A stretch of 64,000 nt of DNA from Gemmatimonas sp. (GTDB taxonomy: Bacteria; Gemmatimonadota; Gemmatimonadetes; Gemmatimonadales; Gemmatimonadaceae), in assembly GCA_031414535.1 (NCBI GenBank), contig JANNVQ010000029.1, forward strand, positions 175,448 through 239,447. Direction: 5' to 3'. Positions 1 through 7,794 of this stretch are shown piece by piece; the first letter of the stretch is position 1, and every line of letters starts with the position of its first letter. The notes under the pieces were generated by a model that saw only the letters and a list, made by a program, of their open reading frames with translations, was not told the origin of the DNA and made no database searches. Position numbers and translations under genes: made by a program.

Positions 1-519
1 CACCGTCAGCGTGACGGCCACCTGGGCGCGCAGAGGTCCACTTTCCGTTTCGACTTCTAATTCCATGCCTTCAGCGGCAATCTGGATGAAGAGCGGCGAA
101 GTCAATGCATCGGGCAGCACGTGCGCACCCTCGGACACGGACTGCACGGTGTCCACCATCTCGCCTGCTGTGGCGTCCTGCAGCACGAAACCGGAGACGC
201 CGGCCTTCACATAGTCGGCAATGTCTTCGTTGCTCGTCTCCAGGTCTGTGATCACGACGCTGGCATCCGGTAGTACACGCCTCGTGGTGACGGCGGCCTT
301 AAGGGAAATCACCTCGTTGTCGCCAGCCTCCACCAGCACGACGTCCGGCTTGAGCTCGGTGAGCATAGCTATGCTGAGCGTGGCCTCGGCGGAAATGACG
401 GTGACGCCCGGCTCCGCGTTTAGGAGCGCTGCGTGGGCATCGCGGGAAATGCGGCTGTCGTCAACGAGCGCGACGAGGATTTCACCTTCGGCGGGGCGTT
501 TGAGAGGGATTTCTTTCAT
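1..519 (-). CDS. NarL/LuxR-family response regulator with atypical receiver (3' end runs off the window)
   Basis: Not in the ORF track. Manual translation from ATG at 519: MKEIPLKRPAEGEILVALVDDSRISRDAHAALLNAEPGVTVI...KPDVVLVEAG...YVKAGVSGFVLQDATAGEMVDTVQSVSEGAHVLP...VTLTV. Receiver fold pattern plus the linker leading into a LuxR HTH. Confidence 0.8.
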   Translation of the reverse strand, partial: MKEIPLKRPAEGEILVALVDDSRISRDAHAALLNAEPGVTVISAEATLSIAMLTELKPDVVLVEAGDNEVISLKAAVTTRRVLPDASVVITDLETSNEDIADYVKAGVSGFVLQDATAGEMVDTVQSVSEGAHVLPDALTSPLFIQIAAEGMELEVETESGPLRAQVAVTLTV

Positions 520-618
520 TTGGCTGATGTTAGCCCGCGCCTTTGGGTGTCGGTATCATCCCAAAGTATGTCACTACTTCGCGGGATTGCTTCCCATCCG
601 AGCCGACGGTAAAGCCTG

Positions 619-1623
619 TCAGCGGCCCGCCAAGTACCCGAGGCTCCGCTCCAACCCAGTCACCACCCGCGCGAGGCGGGCGTAATCGAGGGTGGCGGTG
701 GAGTCACTGAGCATGTGGTAGTTCGGGTTGCGGAAGGTGGCGGTGCCGCTGACCATGACCGCCGGGTATCCCACCTCCCAGAAGCTCCAATGGTCCGACC
801 AGCCGACGCCGGGAAAGACATTGAGCGTAGCCGTTCCCACCGTCGGCACGGCGCTTTGGGAACGCAGATCTCGCACAAGGTCATGGACGAGCGCGCGCGA
901 TTTCAGGTTGCCCACCACGGCCACAAAATCGCCGACCTTTGGATAGAACCACTCCAGTATTGGTGGATAGCGCTGCGATTCCGGCGCGTCGGAGTAGTAG
1001 CCGATGGATTCGAGCGATATCATGGCGACGATGGCGTCTCCGCGTTCGCGTGCGGCGCGCGCGTAGACGAGGCTGCCCATGGAGTCCGTCCAAAACTGTG
1101 GCGGCTCCTCCATGGTGAAAGCCACGAGGCGGATGCTGCGGCGTGGCTGTGCATCCGCGAAGCGGCGCGCGAGGTCGAGGAGCGTGGCGGTGCCGCTGGC
1201 ATTGTCGTCCGCGCCGGGCGTGCCGTCCACGGCATCGTAGTGCGCGCCGATGAGCACGATGGAGTCGGGCCACTCGCTGCCGAGTATGGTTACCTCGATG
1301 TTCCGCACCTCACGCTGGTTGACCGTGTAGCGCTGGTTCTTCACTTTGTAGCCGTAGCCCTCCAGCGTCTGCTCGATATAGCGCGCTGCTCCCTCGAGGC
1401 CTTCCTCAGTCGCCCAGCGCGGACCCAGCGAGTCTACGAGCGTAGACACGTGGGTGAGTAGGAGGCCACGCGTCGTATCTTCGGCGGCGCTGAGTGGTGG
1501 CAGCGGTCGCGATTCGTACGATCCAGGCATGCGAATGGAGACAGCCCAGAAGAGTGCGAGCGGAATTGCCACCGCGAGTGGGTAGGCGATGAGCCGCTTG
1601 GTGACTGCTCGTGCGAGTGACAT
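619..1623 (-). CDS. M28 family Zn peptidase with N-terminal membrane anchor
   Basis: GAHYD, GADDNASG, EEPP, LESIG, SDH and YH motifs. Confidence 0.9.
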   Translation of the reverse strand: MSLARAVTKRLIAYPLAVAIPLALFWAVSIRMPGSYESRPLPPLSAAEDTTRGLLLTHVSTLVDSLGPRWATEEGLEGAARYIEQTLEGYGYKVKNQRYTVNQREVRNIEVTILGSEWPDSIVLIGAHYDAVDGTPGADDNASGTATLLDLARRFADAQPRRSIRLVAFTMEEPPQFWTDSMGSLVYARAARERGDAIVAMISLESIGYYSDAPESQRYPPILEWFYPKVGDFVAVVGNLKSRALVHDLVRDLRSQSAVPTVGTATLNVFPGVGWSDHWSFWEVGYPAVMVSGTATFRNPNYHMLSDSTATLDYARLARVVTGLERSLGYLAGR

Positions 1624-1679
1624 TTCAGAGCACCGGCGATTGGCGTGAGGGCTTTCCGTCGCTAAAGTATCATCAGAGC

Positions 1680-2654
1680 ATGCCTACGTCACGCCGCGTC
1701 CTGCTGTTTGGCGCCACTGGTACCATTGGCCGCGCCACGCTGCGCGCGCTCGTGGCCGAGGGGCACGAGGTCGTATGCCTCGTGCGCGCGTCCACGAATG
1801 CGGCATTTGCGAGCAGTATGGCTGGGGTCACGGTCCGCCACGGTAACGTGCTAGACGCCGACTCGCTCAGACGCGACGGATTTCGCGGCGAGCACTTTGA
1901 CGCAGTGGTCTCCTGCATGGCCTCGCGCAGCGGCACACCTCGTGACGCGTGGGCGATTGATCATCAGGCACACATGAACGTCCTCGCTGCGGCGAAAGAG
2001 GCGGGCGTACGGCAGATGATTCTGCTCTCGGCCATCTGCGTGCAGAAGCCTTTGCTGGAATTTCAGCGAGCGAAGCAGGCCTTTGAAGCGGCGCTCATGA
2101 CATCTGGACTCACGTGGTCCATCGTCCGCGCGACGGCCTTCTTTAAGTCGCTGTCTGGGCAAGTGAAGCGCGTGCAGGCGGGCAAGCCCTTCCTCATCTT
2201 CGGCGACGGCGAGCTCACGGCCTGCAAACCGATTAGCGACAATGATCTTGGGGCCTTCATTGCCTCCTGTGTGAGCGATGCATCACGGCAGAACTGCATC
2301 TTGCCCATCGGTGGCCCCGGCGAGGCGCTTACGCCGAAGCAGCAGGGTGAGCTGCTTTTTGCCCAAGCCGGCCGCGTACCGCGGTTCAAGCAAGTGCCCG
2401 TCGCGCTACTCGATGTGATCATCACGGTGCTCAGTACACTAGGCCGCGTGATTCCTCCGCTAGCGGACAAGGCACAACTCGCCCGCATCGGGCGCTACTA
2501 CGCCACGGAGTCCATGCTGGTGTGGGATGCCAAACGTGGGCGCTATGATGCGGCAGCTACGCCCTCGTTCGGCACCGACACGCTAGGCGAGCACTACGCC
2601 AAGCTCTTGCGCGGCGAGTTGACGGACGATCGCGGAGAGCACGCGGTGTTCTAG
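1680..2654 (+). CDS. bciA: Atypical SDR, divinyl (proto)chlorophyllide a 8-vinyl reductase-like
   Basis: GATGTIG Rossmann motif; LLSAICVQKPLLEFQRAK, TAFFKSLSGQV, FGDGELTACKPIS, LPIGGPG and RIGRYYATESML match the DVR/BciA pattern; ATG at 1680 chosen as start. Confidence 0.8.
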   Translation: MPTSRRVLLFGATGTIGRATLRALVAEGHEVVCLVRASTNAAFASSMAGVTVRHGNVLDADSLRRDGFRGEHFDAVVSCMASRSGTPRDAWAIDHQAHMNVLAAAKEAGVRQMILLSAICVQKPLLEFQRAKQAFEAALMTSGLTWSIVRATAFFKSLSGQVKRVQAGKPFLIFGDGELTACKPISDNDLGAFIASCVSDASRQNCILPIGGPGEALTPKQQGELLFAQAGRVPRFKQVPVALLDVIITVLSTLGRVIPPLADKAQLARIGRYYATESMLVWDAKRGRYDAAATPSFGTDTLGEHYAKLLRGELTDDRGEHAVF

Positions 2655-4747
2655 GGAGCCGTAGCGAGCGCCGCAATCAAGGCGGAGAGTCGCTGGAGAT
2701 CAGCGAGGTCCAGGACCTCACCAGGCGCATGGCTGTACCGGCCCGGCCATGAGATTGGCACATTAGGCGCGCCGTAAAAGCTGAAGGCGGTTCCATCGGT
2801 GCCGCCTTGTGTGAGTCCAATCTGCAGGGGAATGCCCGCGCGTTGTGCAATGGCGATGACTTCCGCGCGCGCGCGCGGTGGAGCCATGCTGCCCGACTCA
2901 ATTCCTCGTAGCACGGGACCCGCTCCAAGCGGCGCAAAGGCAAAGTGCGGTGACTCCAGCGGCGTGTCGGAGCTCACGAAGGTGTCAATGCTGTGCACGC
3001 GCTTCACATTGGCGCCAATGCGCGCCGCGAGCGCCTCTGCGCCCTCGAGCCCAACCTCCTCGGCGGTGGACCACACAAACAACACACGTCGCTTGAGCGT
3101 GGCAGGATTCACGGCATCAAGCGCGCGGAGCAGGGCCACCGAGCCAGCGCGGTCATCCATTGCGCGTCCTGTAAATCGTGAGCCCGCCAACCGCACGGCA
3201 TCCTTGTGCGCGGTGACGCCATCTCCCACGCGGACGCCCTGCGTTACCAGTGTGGCGGAATCCATGCCGAACCAAGCGGTCATGCGCTCCGGACGCTTCG
3301 TGCGTGCCGTCTCGCGAGGAATGAACACACCGGGGAGGGATGCGCGTGGGGGCGTCGTGCCCTGGCGCGCGAAGTGCAGCAGGGCGGGTTGACCTTCCCA
3401 AGCTGAGGCCACCGTGCCACCGCGTGCACGCAGCGTCACGATGCCGTCCGCCGCGATTGAGACCACATCGTATGACACTTCATCCATATGCGCGATAAAG
3501 ACCAGCGTGTCGCGCTCCGGGCCCATGCCGACAATCAAGTTGCCCGCGTCGTCAGTGACGGCGGTGCTTCTCGCCCACGCGGGCATGGCGCTGCGGATAG
3601 CATCGCGCACGCGCCATTCGTCGTGGGGCACACCGGGGAGATCGGCCAGTAGCTTTAGTTGCGCCGCTAGAGCGGAGTGACTGTCGCTGCGCGCGCCATT
3701 TGTTGCGGCGGCGGATGCTGGGGCTGCAATCCACGGCGAGGACGGCAGGGACGCGCGATCCACAGCGCCCGCACCGAGCACATCGCTCAACAGGTTCGAG
3801 GCCGCGCCCTCGTCAATCGTTTCAACAAGTGAACCCGCATAGCGAAGCGCGGGCGCAATCACACGGATGGAGTCCTGCTTAGCCGTGGCGAACACCGCCG
3901 CGTTAGGAGCACCAGCAGCGCCGGCGCGCAGCCAGCGTGTGCCCTGCAGGGCGCGTCCCGCCGTCACGATGCTGACTTCATCTACTCCACCGAGTCGCGT
4001 GATGGCACTACCGAGGCCAACCCATCCGAAGACGCTTTGCGTGGTCATCAGGAAGATGGTTTCGCCACTGCGCACGTTGCCACGCGCCGCTGCCGCTACC
4101 GCGGCACAGCCCGCGCGCGCGCCTACGGCATTTCCCGCCACTCCGCCCGCGAAGGCCCAAGCCGGCACGCGCCGCTCCACGGGGTCAAGCAAGCGGATGC
4201 CCAAGGCCTCCACCTCCGCGCGGTTCTTTGCGCCCACGTCGAGCCAGAGATCGTCCGCGCTCACCACCAATGAGTCCGCACGGTGCTGCTGGGCAAAGTG
4301 GCCGTTGGCCACTGCGATCACTCCCGGCACCACATCCGTCGCGGTGAAGATGTTGACCTGCTGCGCCTCGTGTGCCTGATCGAACAGCGGGTGCCCCGCG
4401 CTGCTGCCCACTCGATGCAGGCGCAGATAGCCCTCGTCGGTGATCTGCGTGACGGCGAACCCGCTACGATCGAGCGCGCAGGCCACCACGCGGCGTGGAC
4501 GGCCACTGCCGCGGCGGTTCATGAGATTACCGGCGGCGTCCTGTTGCCAGCCCGTCAGGCTTGCGGCCAGGGCTGCGCTGGTCCGAGATTCGTGGCCGGT
4601 GGGCGCCGCAATCTGCTGCCAGCTTACCAAGGCCTGCTGTAGCGAGGTCTGTGCCGCCGCAGTCGAGGGCAGCGAAGCCGTCAGCGCCCAGAATCCGCAA
4701 TGCAGCAGTGTGGTTAGCAGGGAAGGGCGGCGGCGCGAAGAGGTCAT
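2651..4747 (-). CDS. Exported double-length M42-family metallopeptidase (degenerate + intact domain)
   Basis: Signal-peptide-like N-terminus; C-terminal half has AHMDE, MDDRAG, AEEVG, IDT and RYSH; N-terminal half has the same layout without the metal ligands. Confidence 0.8.
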   Translation of the reverse strand: MTSSRRRPSLLTTLLHCGFWALTASLPSTAAAQTSLQQALVSWQQIAAPTGHESRTSAALAASLTGWQQDAAGNLMNRRGSGRPRRVVACALDRSGFAVTQITDEGYLRLHRVGSSAGHPLFDQAHEAQQVNIFTATDVVPGVIAVANGHFAQQHRADSLVVSADDLWLDVGAKNRAEVEALGIRLLDPVERRVPAWAFAGGVAGNAVGARAGCAAVAAAARGNVRSGETIFLMTTQSVFGWVGLGSAITRLGGVDEVSIVTAGRALQGTRWLRAGAAGAPNAAVFATAKQDSIRVIAPALRYAGSLVETIDEGAASNLLSDVLGAGAVDRASLPSSPWIAAPASAAATNGARSDSHSALAAQLKLLADLPGVPHDEWRVRDAIRSAMPAWARSTAVTDDAGNLIVGMGPERDTLVFIAHMDEVSYDVVSIAADGIVTLRARGGTVASAWEGQPALLHFARQGTTPPRASLPGVFIPRETARTKRPERMTAWFGMDSATLVTQGVRVGDGVTAHKDAVRLAGSRFTGRAMDDRAGSVALLRALDAVNPATLKRRVLFVWSTAEEVGLEGAEALAARIGANVKRVHSIDTFVSSDTPLESPHFAFAPLGAGPVLRGIESGSMAPPRARAEVIAIAQRAGIPLQIGLTQGGTDGTAFSFYGAPNVPISWPGRYSHAPGEVLDLADLQRLSALIAALATAP

Positions 4748-4829
4748 TGTTGGCGGCGTTGGGAAGGGATGGAGGCCTGGGGCAAACATACTCTTGCCCC
4801 CTCCGTATCGTCAGGCAGATTTCTTCTAC

Positions 4830-7742
4830 GTGACTCCCCTCCCAGATCGTCTTGTCGCCGCCTTGGCTGACCGCTACCGCCTCGAGCGCGAACTCGGCGC
4901 GGGCGGAATGGCTACGGTGTACCTGGCGCAGGATCTCAAGCACGATCGAAAGGTCGCCATCAAGGTCCTGCGGCCAGACCTCGCGCGATCGCTCACGGGT
5001 GATCGCTTCCTGCGCGAAATTGCGATCACGGCGCGCCTCAACCATCCGCATATCCTCACACTGCTCGACTCGGGAAGCGCCGAGAGTGGCGAGATACTCT
5101 ACTACGTGATGCCGGTTGCCACTGGCCAGTCGCTCCGCGACCGCCTCGCGAGCTGCGGGGCTCTGTCGCCGGCGGAGGCTCTGCGCATCGCCGGTGACGC
5201 CGTGGAGGCGCTGGTTCACGCGCATTCCTGCGGCGTGGTGCATCGCGACATCAAGCCCGACAACATCCTGCTCTCCGAAGGCCACGCTATCGTGGTGGAC
5301 TTTGGTATCGCCAAGGCGGTCGGAGCGGCGCGCGAGACTCAGACTCTCACGAGCGAAGGGACATCGCTTGGTACGCCCGCCTATATGGCGCCAGAGCAGG
5401 CGGCTGGGGAGGCCGATGTTGATCATCGGGCTGACGTGTACGCTGTGGGCGCCGTGTTGTTCGAGATGCTCGCTGGCGCGCCACCGTTCACCGGAAGCTT
5501 CCAACAGGTCGTGATGGCGAAGATGGCGAAGGATGCGCCCGCTCTTTCGACAACGGCACCAACGCTCGCACCGGCCTTGGTGCAACTCGTGGCCCGCTGC
5601 CTCGCGCGCGATCCCACGCGGCGCCCCGCGACGGCCGAAGCTTTGCTCGCTGAACTGCGTGCACTGGCACAGCCCGATGCCAGGACCCACAAGCAAAGCG
5701 TTCGCACGCAGGTACTCGCTACGACAATCGCCGTGGCGGCGGTCGTGATTCTTGGCGCGGTGTTCTTTGGAGATCGCCGTGCGCGCTGGGTGCAGGACAG
5801 CGCGTTGCCAGAAATTGCACGGCTGATTGAGGCCGACGAACTCGATTCAGCCTACGCACTTGCTGAAAGAGCCGAGGCTCGTGCGCCGGGCGACTCGGCC
5901 CTGGCGGCCCTGTGGCAGAAGATCGCTATGACGCAGGAATTCCTCAGCGAACCCAGCGGTGCTCTGGTGACGCGTGCCGCGGTGAACGACACGACTCAAT
6001 GGGTTGCGGTCGGGACCACACCAACCGGACCGGTTCGTGTGCCACGCAATGCGTGGTTCTATCGCTACTCGCTGCCCGACCATCGCCCATTGACGATTAT
6101 GGGTGCTCGACTGGGTGGAAGCTACGCACCCATTCCCAGTCCTGTGCCTTTGCAGAAGCGAAGCGATCCCGATTCCGGGATGGTGTTGCTGCGTGGGCGC
6201 GGCCTTGTCTCGACCCTGTATGGGGTCTCGTCGGGTGAGGCCCTCGATCTCGCGGACTTCTTGATGGACAAACTCGAAGTCACGAACCGTGAATATCAGG
6301 CATTTGTGAATGCTGGCGGCTATCGCGACGCGAAGTGGTGGGATTCGACAATCGTCAGCGATGGTCGTGCCATCGAGTGGCGCACAGCGATGGCGCGCTT
6401 CGTTGACGAGACTGGTCGCCCTGGTCCTGCGGCTTGGGAGGGCTCCGCGCCAAAGCCGGGTACGGAAGACCTCCCAGTGGGTGGTGTGAGTTGGTACGAG
6501 GCGCGCGCCTATGCGCGCTTTGTCGGGAAGAACTTGCCGACGGTGCTCGAGTGGAATGCGGCAGCTATCCCCGAAGCGGCGCGCTGGGTGGTTCCCAATG
6601 GGCGCTACGATTCCGAGGGGCCAGTGCGCGGCGGCGCCGCCGGCGGTGTGAGTCCGCGCGGCATCTACGATATGGCGGGCAACGTTCGTGAGTGGGCGGC
6701 CAACGCGCGCGAGCCAGGCAAGCGCTTCATCCTTGGCGGTGGCTGGTCCGATCCCGCCTATCTCTTTTCCGAAGCTTATACCGCGCCGGAGTTCGATCGC
6801 TCCGCGATCAACGGCATCCGCCTGGTGCGCCGGCTGAGTGATGCACCCGCACTCACCCTTGCGCTCGCGCCCCTTTCGCGCGGAGCACGTGACGTCGTCA
6901 ATGCAAAGCCAGTGGACGACGCGACCTTCCGCGGTTTCCTCGCCCTGTACGACTACGATCGAAGGCCTCTCAATGCGGAAGTGACGGCGCGCGACAGTAC
7001 GCACCCTGACTGGGTCCGCGAAGACGTCGTCTTCGACCTGCCCAGCGGTGGCCCGCGGATGGCGCTTGCGATGTTTCTCCCCAAGAGAACTGCGCCACCA
7101 TACCAAACCATTGTGATTTGGCCGGCTTCCGACGCCTTTATCAGTAGCGATTCGCGAAAGCTCTCGATGAGCTATGTGGACTTTCTCATTCGTAGTGGCC
7201 GCGCCGTCGTGTATCCCATCTACGAGCACACGTACGGAAGAGGCGTGAGCCTGAGCGCGGATAAGCCCTCGGCGACCATCGAACACCGCGACCAGATGCT
7301 GCGGTGGACCACGGAGATGCGACGTTCGATTGACTATGCATTCTCGCGGACGGACATCGATAGCACGCGACTCGCCTACGTAGGTACCAGTTGGGGCGCA
7401 CGCATTGGCGGCACCGTCCTCGCAGTCGAGCCGCGTATTCGAACAGCGATTCTCAATGTGCCGGGATTCAACGCGGCAATGGTACGCCCCGAGGAGGATC
7501 CGCTCAACTTCCTCCCTCGTATTCGCATTCCCGTACTAATGCTCAGTGGCCGGTACGACAGCGTTTACCCCTATGAGTCGTCGCAAGCACCCTTCTTCCG
7601 TTTGCTCGGATCGCCCCCTGACGAGAAGAAGCAAGTGATGTTTGAGGGCGGGCACTTTCTCCCGCGTCCGATGTGGGTGGCCGAGTCGACGCGCTGGCTG
7701 GACGAGCGATTTGGTGCGGTAACTCCTCGTACAAACGACTGA
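4830..7742 (+). CDS. Hanks-type Ser/Thr kinase - TM - FGE/SUMF1-like domain - alpha/beta hydrolase
   Basis: LGAGGMATVY, VAIK, HRDIKPDN, DFG, GTPAYMAPE; TM helix; EVTNREY, PVGGVSWYEA, YDMAGNVREW, GGGW, GIRLV; GTSWG, GRYD, GGH. GTG at 4830 chosen from alignment with paralogues. Confidence 0.88.
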   Translation: MTPLPDRLVAALADRYRLERELGAGGMATVYLAQDLKHDRKVAIKVLRPDLARSLTGDRFLREIAITARLNHPHILTLLDSGSAESGEILYYVMPVATGQSLRDRLASCGALSPAEALRIAGDAVEALVHAHSCGVVHRDIKPDNILLSEGHAIVVDFGIAKAVGAARETQTLTSEGTSLGTPAYMAPEQAAGEADVDHRADVYAVGAVLFEMLAGAPPFTGSFQQVVMAKMAKDAPALSTTAPTLAPALVQLVARCLARDPTRRPATAEALLAELRALAQPDARTHKQSVRTQVLATTIAVAAVVILGAVFFGDRRARWVQDSALPEIARLIEADELDSAYALAERAEARAPGDSALAALWQKIAMTQEFLSEPSGALVTRAAVNDTTQWVAVGTTPTGPVRVPRNAWFYRYSLPDHRPLTIMGARLGGSYAPIPSPVPLQKRSDPDSGMVLLRGRGLVSTLYGVSSGEALDLADFLMDKLEVTNREYQAFVNAGGYRDAKWWDSTIVSDGRAIEWRTAMARFVDETGRPGPAAWEGSAPKPGTEDLPVGGVSWYEARAYARFVGKNLPTVLEWNAAAIPEAARWVVPNGRYDSEGPVRGGAAGGVSPRGIYDMAGNVREWAANAREPGKRFILGGGWSDPAYLFSEAYTAPEFDRSAINGIRLVRRLSDAPALTLALAPLSRGARDVVNAKPVDDATFRGFLALYDYDRRPLNAEVTARDSTHPDWVREDVVFDLPSGGPRMALAMFLPKRTAPPYQTIVIWPASDAFISSDSRKLSMSYVDFLIRSGRAVVYPIYEHTYGRGVSLSADKPSATIEHRDQMLRWTTEMRRSIDYAFSRTDIDSTRLAYVGTSWGARIGGTVLAVEPRIRTAILNVPGFNAAMVRPEEDPLNFLPRIRIPVLMLSGRYDSVYPYESSQAPFFRLLGSPPDEKKQVMFEGGHFLPRPMWVAESTRWLDERFGAVTPRTND

Positions 7743-7794
7743 GACCTACGATGATTCATCTCTGCTCGTGCAGTATTCTCGTTTTGGAATCGCG

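Noticed and set aside
6170..6840. FGE/C-type-lectin domain as a diversity-generating retroelement target
   Set aside because: No reverse transcriptase and no TR/VR repeat pair seen in the window; the domain is internal
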